Assembly: GCF_000020385.1 (NCBI RefSeq)
Contig: NC_010814.1
Coordinates: 2,820,001 to 2,852,000 of the forward strand
Length of the DNA stretch: 32,000 nt
From: Trichlorobacter lovleyi SZ
Lineage (GTDB): Bacteria; Desulfobacterota; Desulfuromonadia; Geobacterales; Pseudopelobacteraceae
Direction of reading: 5' to 3'
A model generated the notes under the pieces. The model was not told the origin of the DNA. It was given only the letters and a program-made list of their open reading frames with translations, and made no database searches. Every line of letters begins with the position of its first letter. Within the stretch, counting starts at the first letter, position 1. The position numbers and the translations under genes are program-made. Below are positions 23,429-32,000 of the stretch, piece by piece.

Positions 23429-23976
23429 TGAAGACCAACATTACGCAGACATTGGTGGACGAGCACCAACTTATCTTGCGGATGATCGCCCTGCTGGAGC
23501 AAAACGCACCGCTCACGGCGGCTGGCGCATACACCAACTGGCAATTCTATCTGGACGGTATCGACTTCATCCGTCAGTACGCCGACCGTTTTCACCATGC
23601 CAAGGAAGAGGATGTTCTGTTCGAGGCACTGGTGGCAAACGGCATGCCCCGCGACCACAGCCCGGTGGCGGCCATGCTGATGGAGCACGACCTGGGGCGC
23701 TCCCATGTGCGCCAGCTGGAGGAAGCGGTACGTGAGGCCCGGGCTGGCCGCAACGAACGCTACCCGGCAATAGCCGAGCATGCTCTGGCCTATGCCGAAC
23801 TGCTCAAGGATCATATCGCCAAGGAAGATGCAGTGCTCTACCCGTTGGCGGAACGGGTACTGCCGGAAGGCGTACGCGCAGACATCCTTCAGCGCTATAA
23901 GACTGCAGAACAGCGCACACCGGAAGGGTTCAGCCGGCACTACGGCCAGATTGTCGACCAGTACGAAAAAAGTTGA
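23428..23976 (+). CDS. Hemerythrin (HHE cation-binding) domain protein, RIC/YtfE-like role plausible
   Basis: Di-iron ligand motifs VDEHQ, FHHAKEED, MEHD and KDHIAKEDAVLYP. The start overlaps the upstream stop (TGATG). Confidence 0.88.
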   Translation: MKTNITQTLVDEHQLILRMIALLEQNAPLTAAGAYTNWQFYLDGIDFIRQYADRFHHAKEEDVLFEALVANGMPRDHSPVAAMLMEHDLGRSHVRQLEEAVREARAGRNERYPAIAEHALAYAELLKDHIAKEDAVLYPLAERVLPEGVRADILQRYKTAEQRTPEGFSRHYGQIVDQYEKS

Positions 23977-24002
23977 AGATATCAGCTACAAACCATCTTT
24001 AG

Positions 24003-24036
24003 ACCGTTTGCCCCGCTTTGGGCAGGCGGTTTTTTA
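24003..24036 (+). terminator. Rho-independent terminator of the DUF1858/Fe-S/hemerythrin operon
   Basis: 11-bp stem ACCGTTTGCCC / GGGCAGGCGGT (two G-U pairs), 6-nt loop, then TTTTT. Confidence 0.75.
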
Positions 24037-24066
24037 TATTCAATTAACCGATAAAATATCGCTTTT

Positions 24067-24080
24067 TTGACATGGATCAA
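24067..24080. promoter_or_regulatory. FNR/CRP-type box upstream of the nar operon
   Basis: TTGAC-ATGG-ATCAA, one mismatch to TTGAT-N4-ATCAA. TATGCT at 24102-24107 is consistent with a class II (-41.5) arrangement. It lies 63 nt upstream of ATG 24143. Confidence 0.6.
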
Positions 24081-24142
24081 GGTTACGATAAAATAATGTT
24101 TTATGCTCGCGATACAATTAACCGAGGTGAAAGGGGAAAGCC

Positions 24143-24619
24143 ATGAAGCTCGTGTGCGGTATAAGCTGTCTGCTCATCATGTTGCTTGCAATGATCACTG
24201 AACCGTTTGCAGACCAGGCAGTCGATGCAGCCGTGGTGGGGGACGCCAAACGGGGTGCGGCCCGCTTCTCGGGCTCTCTCCCCTTTGCAAAGGGCGCCGC
24301 ACCCTGCGGGGCCTGTCATGCCCTGGCAAACCGGGGTGTCAACGGCGGGAAGATGGCCGGTGACTTGGGCGGCCTGTTCACCCCCGATGGTGCCGATGCG
24401 ATCAAGGATGCCGTCACTGCCATCGAAACACCGGTCATGAAGAAGATGTATACCGCACATCCCTTGTCTGACCTGGAATATGCTGATCTGGCTGCCTTTG
24501 CCCGCCAGCCGGGGCCTGAACAACAGCCGACACCGGGCCGGTCATTGCCCTTGGCCGGCATGGGTGCTGCAGGACTGTTTCTGATCGGATTCGCACTGTA
24601 CAAGAGGAGGATTTCCTGA
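24143..24619 (+). CDS. Monoheme c-type cytochrome, secreted with C-terminal membrane anchor
   Basis: Signal peptide (MKLVCGISCLLIMLLAMITEPFA), a single CGACH heme-binding motif, and a C-terminal TM (LPLAGMGAAGLFLIGFALY-KRR). Its stop overlaps the narG start (TGATG). Confidence 0.8.
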   Translation: MKLVCGISCLLIMLLAMITEPFADQAVDAAVVGDAKRGAARFSGSLPFAKGAAPCGACHALANRGVNGGKMAGDLGGLFTPDGADAIKDAVTAIETPVMKKMYTAHPLSDLEYADLAAFARQPGPEQQPTPGRSLPLAGMGAAGLFLIGFALYKRRIS

Positions 24620-27600
24620 TGGCCGACAACCGGATCAAAGACGAGAGCTGCTGTGGCGGACGGGACTGGGAAGAGTTTTATCGTAACCGCTGGCAGTACG
24701 ACAAGGTGGTGCGCAGCACCCACGGCGTCAACTGTACCGGCGGTTGCAGCTGGATGGTGCATGTCAAGGACGGTATTGTCGGCTGGGAACTGCAGGCCAA
24801 CGACTATCCCCAATTGAGTGGCGACATCCCCAACCACGAACCGCGCGGCTGTCCGCGTGGGATCAGCTACTCCTGGTATCTCTACAGTCCGTTGCGGGTG
24901 AAGTATCCCTATCTGCGCGGCGCGCTGCTGGATCGTTGGCAGGAAGCCCGTGCACAGCATGACGATCCGGTAACTGCCTGGGCCAGCATTGTTGAAAATC
25001 CCGACAGGCGCGCCAGCTACACCTCCCAACGGGGCATGGGCGGCTTCCGCCGGGCCGATTGGGAAACGGTGGTTGAGCTGATCGCCGCCTCCACGGTCTA
25101 CACCGCCAAAAAACACGGACCGGACCGGATCATCGGTTTTACCCCGATCCCGGCCATGTCCATGATCAGCTACGCCGCCGGCACCCGCTTTCTGCAACTG
25201 CTGGGCGGGGTCTGCATGAGCTTCTACGACTGGTACTGCGACCTGCCGCCGGCCTCGCCGCAAGTCTGGGGCGAGCAGACCGACGTCTGCGAATCAGCCG
25301 ACTGGTACAACGCCTCCTACATCGTGCTGTGCGGGGCCAACCTGCCACAGACCCGCACCCCCGACTCCCACTTCATGACCGAAGCCCGTTACCGCGGCGC
25401 CAAGGTGGTGGTCATGTCGCCGGACCTGAACATCGCCAGCAAGTTTGCCGACACCTGGCTGCCGGTGGAACAGGGCCACGACGGCGCCTTCTGGATGGCC
25501 CTGAACCACGTGCTGCTGAAAGAATTTTACGTCGACCGCCAGGTGCCGTTTTTTGAGGAGTACGCCCGCACCTACACCGACCTGCCGTTCCTGGTCAAGC
25601 TGGAACAGCGCGACGGCATCTGGCAGGCTGGCGAACATCTGCGCGCCTCAGAACTAGAGCGCAGCGCCGGAATGGAACAGGGCGAGTGGATCCTGTGCGT
25701 GTCGGATGCAAGCGGCAAGATCAGGATTCCCAAGGGCAGCCTGGGGATGCGCTGGGATTCCAAGCCGGGCAACTGGAACCTGGACATGACCGACGTCTTG
25801 GACAACCAACCGATCGACTGCGCGTTAAGTCTGCTGGGCGACCGGGCAACCACCGTATGTTTCCGCTACGAGGGCGAGCAGGATGCCTTGCGTGAAGTCC
25901 CCTGCCGCAGCATCCAAACCGTGAACGGTGAGGTGCTGGTGACCACCGTTTTTGATCTGCTGCTGGCCCAGTTCGGCGTATCCCGCGACCTGGGTGGCGA
26001 TTATCCGTCCAGCTACGACGATGACAAGCCGTTCACCCCGGCCTGGCAGGAAAAACATACCGGGGTCGGCCGTGAGACCCTGCTGCAGATCGCCCGCGAA
26101 TGGGGTGAGAACGGCGAGAAGAGCAATGGCCGCAACATGGTCATCACCGGGGCCGGGGTCAATCACTGGTACCACAACGACCTGATCTACCGTTCCTTCA
26201 TCACCGCCCTGCTCCTGACCGGCAGCGTCGGCCGCAATGGCGGCGGCATGGCCCACTACGTTGGTCAGGAGAAAGTTGTGCCGCTGGCCCCCTGGACCGC
26301 CGTGGCCATGGCCCAGGACTGGGTCAAGCCGTCGCGGCTGCAGAACACCCCCAGCTTCTGGTACATTCATTCCGACCAGTGGCGCTATGACCGCAACTTC
26401 ACCGACTATTTCAAGCCGGAAACCGGTGAAAACATTCCGGCCCATGCAGCTGATGTCAATGCCAAGGCAGTACGGCTCGGCTGGCTGCCGTTTGCGCCGC
26501 ACTTCAACGACAGCCCGTTACGGTTGATGCAGCAGGCCCACGAGGCCGGAGCAACCGACGATGCAGCTATCCGGGCCTGGCTGGTTAAACGGCTGCAAAG
26601 CGGTGAGACCCGCTTTGCCATTGAAGATCCGGACGCGCCGGAGAACTTCCCCCGTCTCTGGTTCATCTGGCGTTCCAACGCCATCTCGGCCAGCGCCAAG
26701 GGACACGAATACTTTCTCAAACATGTACTGGGCGCACCCAACAGCACGGTTACGGCCAGCGAGGTTGCCAAAGACCAGGTCACGGAATTGGTCTGGCACG
26801 ACAAGGCCCCGGAAGGCAAGATGGACCTGATCGTGGACCTGAACTTCCGGATGGACACCTCCACGGTCTACTCGGACATCATACTGCCGGCCGCCACCTG
26901 GTACGAAAAATCGGATGTCAACACCACCGACATGCATTCCTTTGTCAATTGCATGGATGCTGCGGTACCGCCATCCTGGGAATCCAAGGCCGACTGGAAG
27001 ATCTTCAGCATGATCGCCAAAAAGGTCAGCGAACTGTCTGCTCCCCACTTCCCGGAGCCGTTCAAGGATATCATTGCCGCCCCGCTGCTGCATGATACGC
27101 CGGGCGAGATAGCCCAACGCCGGGTGAAGGACTGGAAACAGGGCGAGTGTGAGCCGATTCCGGGCAAGACCATGCCCAACCTGGCCATCGTAGAACGCGA
27201 CTACGTCAACCTCTACAACCGCTTTATGTCGCTGGGTCCCAACATCGCTCACTTGGGGGCCCACGGGGTCAACTGGGATGCCGACGACGTCCATGCCGAC
27301 CTGCTGAACAGGCTGCCGACCCGCTCTTGGGGCGGCAAAACCTATATTGATCTGGAGGATGAGCGGAACGTGGCCGACACCCTGTTGGCCTTCGCCCCTG
27401 AAACCAATGGCGAACTGGCCGTTCGGGCCTACCAGAACATGGAGGCCCGCATCGGCAAACCGTTGGCCCATCTGGCAGAAGGCAGCCGGAACGTCCGGAT
27501 CAGTTGGGATGACATCACCCGCCAGCCGCGCCGTTTCCACAATTCACCGGTCTGGAGCGGGCTGGTCGACGGCGGCCGTCCCTACTCACCCTATGTGCTG

Positions 27601-28200
27601 AATGTGGAGCATGGTGTGCCTTGGCGCACCTTGTCCGGCCGTCAATCACTCTATCTGGACCACCCCTGGTACACCTCGTTCAATGAAGGACTGCCCACCT
27701 TCAAGGGCAAACTGCCTGCAGCGGTGCTGGACGAGCTACAGGAAGGAGTCCAGGACGGGCTGGTGCTGAATTTCCTGACCCCCCACGGCAAGTGGGGCAT
27801 CCACTCCACCTACACCGACAACCTGCGGATGCTGACCCTCTCCCGCGGCGGCCAGGTGGTCTGGCTGAACCATGAGGATGCGGCCCAGGCCGGCATTGAA
27901 GACAACGAAGGGGTGGAGTTGATCAACAACAACGGGGTGGTGGTCTGCAAGGCGATCGTCTCGTCCCGCATCCCCAAGGGGTCGGTCTTCATGTATCACG
28001 CCCCGGAACGGACCATTAACATCAAGAAATCCCGCAAAACCGGCAAGAAAGGCGGCGTCCACAACAGTCTGGCCCGGATCCGCCTGAAGCCGACCCTGAT
28101 GCTGGGGGGCTATGCCCAGTTTTCCTATTATTTCAACTACTGGGGGCCCACCGGGGTCAACCGCGACTGCTATGTGGTGGTCAGAAAGTTGAGGGGGTGA
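24619..28200 (+). CDS. narG: Respiratory nitrate reductase alpha subunit (cytoplasm-facing Nar type, no Tat signal)
   Basis: 1193 aa and collinear with E. coli NarG as I recall it: STHGVNCTGGCSW (FS0 H-x3-C-x3-C), HEPRGCPRG, FYDWYCDLPPASPQVWGEQTD, GAGVNHWYH, HYVGQEK, ILPAATWYEK, LNFLTPHGKWGIHSTY. Confidence 0.97.
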   Translation: MADNRIKDESCCGGRDWEEFYRNRWQYDKVVRSTHGVNCTGGCSWMVHVKDGIVGWELQANDYPQLSGDIPNHEPRGCPRGISYSWYLYSPLRVKYPYLRGALLDRWQEARAQHDDPVTAWASIVENPDRRASYTSQRGMGGFRRADWETVVELIAASTVYTAKKHGPDRIIGFTPIPAMSMISYAAGTRFLQLLGGVCMSFYDWYCDLPPASPQVWGEQTDVCESADWYNASYIVLCGANLPQTRTPDSHFMTEARYRGAKVVVMSPDLNIASKFADTWLPVEQGHDGAFWMALNHVLLKEFYVDRQVPFFEEYARTYTDLPFLVKLEQRDGIWQAGEHLRASELERSAGMEQGEWILCVSDASGKIRIPKGSLGMRWDSKPGNWNLDMTDVLDNQPIDCALSLLGDRATTVCFRYEGEQDALREVPCRSIQTVNGEVLVTTVFDLLLAQFGVSRDLGGDYPSSYDDDKPFTPAWQEKHTGVGRETLLQIAREWGENGEKSNGRNMVITGAGVNHWYHNDLIYRSFITALLLTGSVGRNGGGMAHYVGQEKVVPLAPWTAVAMAQDWVKPSRLQNTPSFWYIHSDQWRYDRNFTDYFKPETGENIPAHAADVNAKAVRLGWLPFAPHFNDSPLRLMQQAHEAGATDDAAIRAWLVKRLQSGETRFAIEDPDAPENFPRLWFIWRSNAISASAKGHEYFLKHVLGAPNSTVTASEVAKDQVTELVWHDKAPEGKMDLIVDLNFRMDTSTVYSDIILPAATWYEKSDVNTTDMHSFVNCMDAAVPPSWESKADWKIFSMIAKKVSELSAPHFPEPFKDIIAAPLLHDTPGEIAQRRVKDWKQGECEPIPGKTMPNLAIVERDYVNLYNRFMSLGPNIAHLGAHGVNWDADDVHADLLNRLPTRSWGGKTYIDLEDERNVADTLLAFAPETNGELAVRAYQNMEARIGKPLAHLAEGSRNVRISWDDITRQPRRFHNSPVWSGLVDGGRPYSPYVLNVEHGVPWRTLSGRQSLYLDHPWYTSFNEGLPTFKGKLPAAVLDELQEGVQDGLVLNFLTPHGKWGIHSTYTDNLRMLTLSRGGQVVWLNHEDAAQAGIEDNEGVELINNNGVVVCKAIVSSRIPKGSVFMYHAPERTINIKKSRKTGKKGGVHNSLARIRLKPTLMLGGYAQFSYYFNYWGPTGVNRDCYVVVRKLRG

Positions 28201-28204
28201 GGCG

Positions 28205-29656
28205 ATGAATGTCAGATCTCAACTGGTGATGGTATTCAACCTGGACAAGTGCATCGGCTGCCACACCTGCAGCATCGCCTGCAAGAATATCTGGACCGAC
28301 CGCCAGGGCGCCGAATACATGTGGTGGAACAATGTCGAGACCAAGCCGGGCATCGGCTACCCCAAAAACTGGGAAGACCAGGAGCATTATAAAGGCGGTT
28401 GGATCAACGATGGCGGCGAACTGCGCCTGAAGGGGCTGGGCAAAGGCCCTACCCTGCTGAATATGTTCTTTCAGCCTAACATGCCGGCCATTACTGATTA
28501 TTACGAGCCGTTCGACGTGGATTACGCCAACCTGCATGGAGCTCCCAAGGGGGACGATCAGCCGACTGCCGATATCGTCTCACAGATATCCGGCCAGAAG
28601 ATGGAGGAGGTTACCAGCGGCCCCAATTGGGACGACGATCTGTCCGGGTCGGGCCAGCATGCCGCCAACGACCCGAACCTGGCCGACGCCTCGATCATCG
28701 AAGACTACGGCCGGATTTTCATGCAGTATCTGCCCCGGCTGTGCAACCACTGTCTTAACCCGGCCTGCGCCGCCTCCTGCCCCTCGCGGGCCATCTACAA
28801 GCGTGGCGAAGACGGCGTTGTGCTGGTTGATCAAAATATCTGTAAAGGCTGGCGTTTCTGCACCAGCGCCTGCCCCTACAAGAAGGTCTATTACAACTGG
28901 ACCACCGGCAAGGCCGAAAAGTGCATCTTCTGCTTCCCCCGTACCGAAACTGGTCAGTGCAACGCCTGTTCACACAGCTGCGTCGGCCGGATCCGCTACC
29001 TGGGGGTGCTGCTGTACGATGCCGATGGGGTGGAACAGGCCCTGAAGCAACCTGACGACAAACTGGTTGAGGCCCAGCGGGCGTTGATCCTTGACCCCCA
29101 CGATCCGGCGGTGCAGCAGGCGGCCCGTAAAAACAACATACCTGACCACTGGCTGGATGCGGCCTGCAACTCGCCGGCCTACACTCTGGTGAAGGAACAG
29201 GGGATGGCCCTGCCGCTGCATGCCGAGTTCCGCACCATGCCGATGGCCTACTACATCCCGTCTCTCTCGCCGGTGATCGCCAAGCATGGCGATCTGCACG
29301 AGGTGGCGAAACACGGTCTGATCCCCGCCCTGGAACAGTTGCGGGTGCCGCTCGATTACCTGGCAAGCCTGCTGGGTGGCGGCAATCAGCAGGTGGTGAC
29401 GCAGTCACTGGCCAAGCTGATTGCGCTGCGGGTCTGGATGCGGGCCAAAAATCTGGGCGAGACCGCTGACCCGGCGCTGTTGGCCGAGGCCGGACTGGAC
29501 GAAACGTCCGCCACCAAGCTGTATCGTCTGTTCACCGTGGCCAATTACCGCGAGCGCAGCATCATCCCAGGGCAACAGCGGGAGATGAAGGAACCATACC
29601 TCCGCAAGGGGGGACGTGGTTTTGGCATCCTCAAGACTCCGCGAGGTGGCCTATGA
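28205..29656 (+). CDS. narH: Respiratory nitrate reductase beta subunit
   Basis: FNLDKCIGCHTCSIACK, CNHCLNPACAASCP and CKGWRFCTSACPY ferredoxin-type motifs, plus the characteristic WWNNVETKPG insertion. Confidence 0.97.
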   Translation: MNVRSQLVMVFNLDKCIGCHTCSIACKNIWTDRQGAEYMWWNNVETKPGIGYPKNWEDQEHYKGGWINDGGELRLKGLGKGPTLLNMFFQPNMPAITDYYEPFDVDYANLHGAPKGDDQPTADIVSQISGQKMEEVTSGPNWDDDLSGSGQHAANDPNLADASIIEDYGRIFMQYLPRLCNHCLNPACAASCPSRAIYKRGEDGVVLVDQNICKGWRFCTSACPYKKVYYNWTTGKAEKCIFCFPRTETGQCNACSHSCVGRIRYLGVLLYDADGVEQALKQPDDKLVEAQRALILDPHDPAVQQAARKNNIPDHWLDAACNSPAYTLVKEQGMALPLHAEFRTMPMAYYIPSLSPVIAKHGDLHEVAKHGLIPALEQLRVPLDYLASLLGGGNQQVVTQSLAKLIALRVWMRAKNLGETADPALLAEAGLDETSATKLYRLFTVANYRERSIIPGQQREMKEPYLRKGGRGFGILKTPRGGL

Positions 29657-30186
29657 GCACAACCGACGTGTATCAGGCATTAGCCGCCATGATCGCCTAT
29701 CCCCGTGACCGGCAGGAACTGCTGGACAGCTACGCCGTGGTTGCCCGTCATCTGCAGGAGCGGGGACTGACGCTGCCGACGGCCCCGTTTGGTGAGACCG
29801 TGACCAGCTCATCGCTGGCTGAACTGCAGGAGGCCTATGTGGCGCTGTTCGATTTCAATGCCGCCTTGGCCCCCTACCTGGGGCATCACCTCTATGGCGA
29901 CAACCAGAAGAAAGGGACCTACCTTATCGGCCTGAAGGGCGAGTTCCGGCGCTTCGACTTTACGCCAGCCAGCAACGAGCTGCCGGACCACCTGGAGATA
30001 CTGCTGCGGTTTCTGGCCCATCTTGAACAACACGAGCGCCCCGCCTTCCTGCGCAGCCAGATGCTGGCAGGTCTGCACAAGCTGGAACAGGCCTTTGCAC
30101 AGCGTTCTGACTGCCCGTGGGCCTATACCATTGCGGCAACCGGCGCGATCTGCGCTGCTGACTGCGAGGAGGTGACGTCATGCTGA
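29653..30186 (+). CDS. narJ: Nitrate reductase molybdenum cofactor assembly chaperone
   Basis: 177 aa TorD/NarJ-like protein with the ELPDHLEILLRFL motif. ATGA overlap with narH, in the canonical position. Confidence 0.88.
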   Translation: MSTTDVYQALAAMIAYPRDRQELLDSYAVVARHLQERGLTLPTAPFGETVTSSSLAELQEAYVALFDFNAALAPYLGHHLYGDNQKKGTYLIGLKGEFRRFDFTPASNELPDHLEILLRFLAHLEQHERPAFLRSQMLAGLHKLEQAFAQRSDCPWAYTIAATGAICAADCEEVTSC

Positions 30187-30863
30187 ATACCCTGGTCTTT
30201 GTGATCCTGCCCTATGTTGCCCTGACACTGGTGCTGGCGGTCACCCCTTATCGCCTGTTCAGCAACCGTCTGCGCTGGTCGTCCTACTCAACCCAGTTTC
30301 TGGAGCGCAAGGCGCTCTACTGGGGGATCAATCCCTGGCACTACGGCATCATTCCGGTGCTGGCAGCCCACCTGTTTGCGGTCATCTTTCCCGAGACTAC
30401 CTCCCGACTGGTGGGTGATCCGACCCAGCTGCTGGTGGTTGAAGCCACCGGACTGGGTCTTGGCATCATGGCGTTGGTCGGCAGTCTGATCCTGCTGCTG
30501 CGACGGGCCAACGCACCGATGCTGAACAAGGTCACCTTCCGGGCCGACTGGCTGGCGCTGCTGCTGCTCTTGTTCCAGACCGCCAGCGGCATTGCGGTGG
30601 CGATCACCAACAGCTGGGGGGCCCAGTGGTATCCTGCCACGGCAACCCCCTACCTGCGCTCGCTGCTGATGCTTAACCCGCAACCGGAGTATCTGATCGG
30701 CATCTCCACCATCTTTACCCTGCATGTGGCCGGCGCCTTCCTGCTCCTGGCAGTACTACCGTTCACCAAGCTGGTGCATCTGCTGTTTCTGCCGCTGGAC
30801 TTCCTCAAGGACCCGCCGATTCCGTACCGGTGGCATTCCCTGCCGGAAAACGGCAAAGAATAG
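30180..30863 (+). CDS. narI: Respiratory nitrate reductase gamma subunit (diheme b, quinol oxidising)
   Basis: 227 aa, 5 TM. Conserved His contexts (NPWHYGIIPVLAAHLF; FTLHVAGAF...KLVHLLF). Has a 7-nt overlap with narJ. Confidence 0.93.
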   Translation: MLNTLVFVILPYVALTLVLAVTPYRLFSNRLRWSSYSTQFLERKALYWGINPWHYGIIPVLAAHLFAVIFPETTSRLVGDPTQLLVVEATGLGLGIMALVGSLILLLRRANAPMLNKVTFRADWLALLLLLFQTASGIAVAITNSWGAQWYPATATPYLRSLLMLNPQPEYLIGISTIFTLHVAGAFLLLAVLPFTKLVHLLFLPLDFLKDPPIPYRWHSLPENGKE

Positions 30864-30872
30864 AGGCCGCCG

Positions 30873-32000
30873 ATGGCATCCCAGACCCACAAGCAACTTT
30901 CAGTACTGACCGGCAGCACGCTGGCCTTCACGGTCTGTTTCGCGGTCTGGGTGATGTTCTCGATCATCGGTATCCCGATCAAGACTAACCTGAATCTGAA
31001 CGAGACCGAGTTCGGCCTGCTGGCTGCCACCCCGATCCTGTCCGGTTCGTTGATCAGGCTGCCTCTGGGGATGTGGACCGACAAATACGGCGGCCGGATC
31101 GTGTTTCTGGTGCTGATGCTCTGCACGGTGCTGCCGATCTATGTCATCGGTGATGCCACCCGGTATTGGCAGTTTCTGGTGCTAGGGCTGTTTGTCGGTG
31201 TGGCTGGCGGCTCGTTTTCGGTGGGGATCAGCTACGTGGCCCGCTGGTTCAGCAAGGCCCGTCAAGGGTTTGCCATGGGGATTTTCGGTGCCGGCAATGC
31301 CGGGGCTGCCGTGACCAAGTTCGTGGCTCCATCGCTGGTGGCCGCCTACGGCTGGCAGATGGTGCCTAAGGTGTACGCTGTGGCAATGCTGGCCACCTGC
31401 GGCATCTTCTGGCTGCTGACCTATTCTGACCCGGCTCACCGGGTCAGTTCATCAGTCACTATGCGTGATCAACTGCTGGCCCTTAAAGATCCGCGGGTCT
31501 GGCGCTACTGTCAGTACTACGCCATGGTGTTCGGCGGCTATGTCGGGCTGTCGCTCTGGATGACCAAGTACTACATCAGCGAGTATGGCCTCTCAATCCA
31601 GACTGCAGCGTTGGTGGCAGCCATCTTTGTGCTGCCCTCCGGCGTAATCCGCGCCTTGGGCGGTTGGGTCTCGGACAAGCTCGGCGCCCATGCCGTGACT
31701 AACGCCATCCTGTGGATATCATGGGTTTGCCTATTCCTGCTTTCGCTACCCCAAGGGGGCTTTACGGTCAAGACGGTGCAAGGACCGGCGACCTTTGTGG
31801 TGGGCCTGAATGTCTGGGTATTTACGGTGCTGCTGTTTGTGGTCGGTATCGCCTGGGGATTCGGCAAGGCCTCGGTCTTCAAGCATATTGCCGACGAATA
31901 CCCCAAGAACATCGGCGTGATCTCCGGGATCGTGGGCTTGATGGGCGGCCTGGGCGGGTTTGTGCTGCCGATTGTGTTCGGCGCCCTGGTAGATCTGACC
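30873..32000 (+). CDS. narK: NarK/NasA-family MFS nitrate/nitrite transporter, 3'-truncated by window end
   Basis: This ORF is not in the supplied track because it has no stop in the window. My own translation from ATG 30873 (AGAGG RBS) gives MASQTHKQLSVLTGSTLAFTVCFAVWVMFSIIGIPIK...GMWTDKYGGR...GAGNAGAAVTKF..., typical NarK signatures. The frame is open to base 32000. Confidence 0.9.
   Translation, partial: MASQTHKQLSVLTGSTLAFTVCFAVWVMFSIIGIPIKTNLNLNETEFGLLAATPILSGSLIRLPLGMWTDKYGGRIVFLVLMLCTVLPIYVIGDATRYWQFLVLGLFVGVAGGSFSVGISYVARWFSKARQGFAMGIFGAGNAGAAVTKFVAPSLVAAYGWQMVPKVYAVAMLATCGIFWLLTYSDPAHRVSSSVTMRDQLLALKDPRVWRYCQYYAMVFGGYVGLSLWMTKYYISEYGLSIQTAALVAAIFVLPSGVIRALGGWVSDKLGAHAVTNAILWISWVCLFLLSLPQGGFTVKTVQGPATFVVGLNVWVFTVLLFVVGIAWGFGKASVFKHIADEYPKNIGVISGIVGLMGGLGGFVLPIVFGALVDLT

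Noticed and set aside
24100-24142. CCGAGG...GAAAGGGG just before the nar operon, considered as a Moco riboswitch 3' end.
   Set aside because: The upstream ~100 nt is AT-rich and unstructured. It is far too short and lacks the multi-stem Moco architecture. The G-rich run is simply the RBS.

Overview
GC-rich, densely coding chromosomal window. Gene content looks deltaproteobacterial (Geobacter/Desulfuromonadales-like), but that is inference only. I found no rRNA, tRNA or CRISPR array.

Layout:
- Bases 1-7301, + strand: a c-di-GMP / two-component locus. It holds a PilZ protein, a Cache-HAMP histidine kinase, an NtrC-type sigma54 activator, an SBP-PAS-GGDEF-hemerythrin diguanylate cyclase, and a stop/start-overlapped coiled-coil porin.
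- Bases 7340-9900: a small secreted orphan, yjbQ, ilvE and an HU gene with a bidirectional terminator.
- Bases 9955-17845, - strand: five tightly packed genes. In transcription order they are an NCS2/SLC23-type permease with an odd C-terminal domain, a secreted S9 peptidase, a MoxR-class AAA+ ATPase, a 653-aa protein of unknown function, and an SNF-family Na+ symporter.
- Bases 18107-20332: an EamA/DMT transporter whose upstream region is interrupted by an intact IS4-family element with 15-bp terminal inverted repeats and a 9-bp target duplication.
- Bases 20871-32000: an N-oxide island. hcp is divergent from DUF1858, Cys-rich Fe-S protein and hemerythrin genes. These are followed by cytochrome c-narG-narH-narJ-narI-narK, with narK running off the window.

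Best candidates for undescribed biology:
- The AAA+ ATPase paired with a DUF5682-like/TraB-like protein that has no VWA partner.
- The transporter-peptidase string around that pair.
- The DGC-porin translational coupling.
- Two long imperfect palindromes directly 3' of minus-strand genes.
- Phased direct repeats split by the IS.
- CRP/FNR-type palindromes placed for class II activation at the hcp and nar promoters.

All domain calls come from motif reading by eye. No database search was run.
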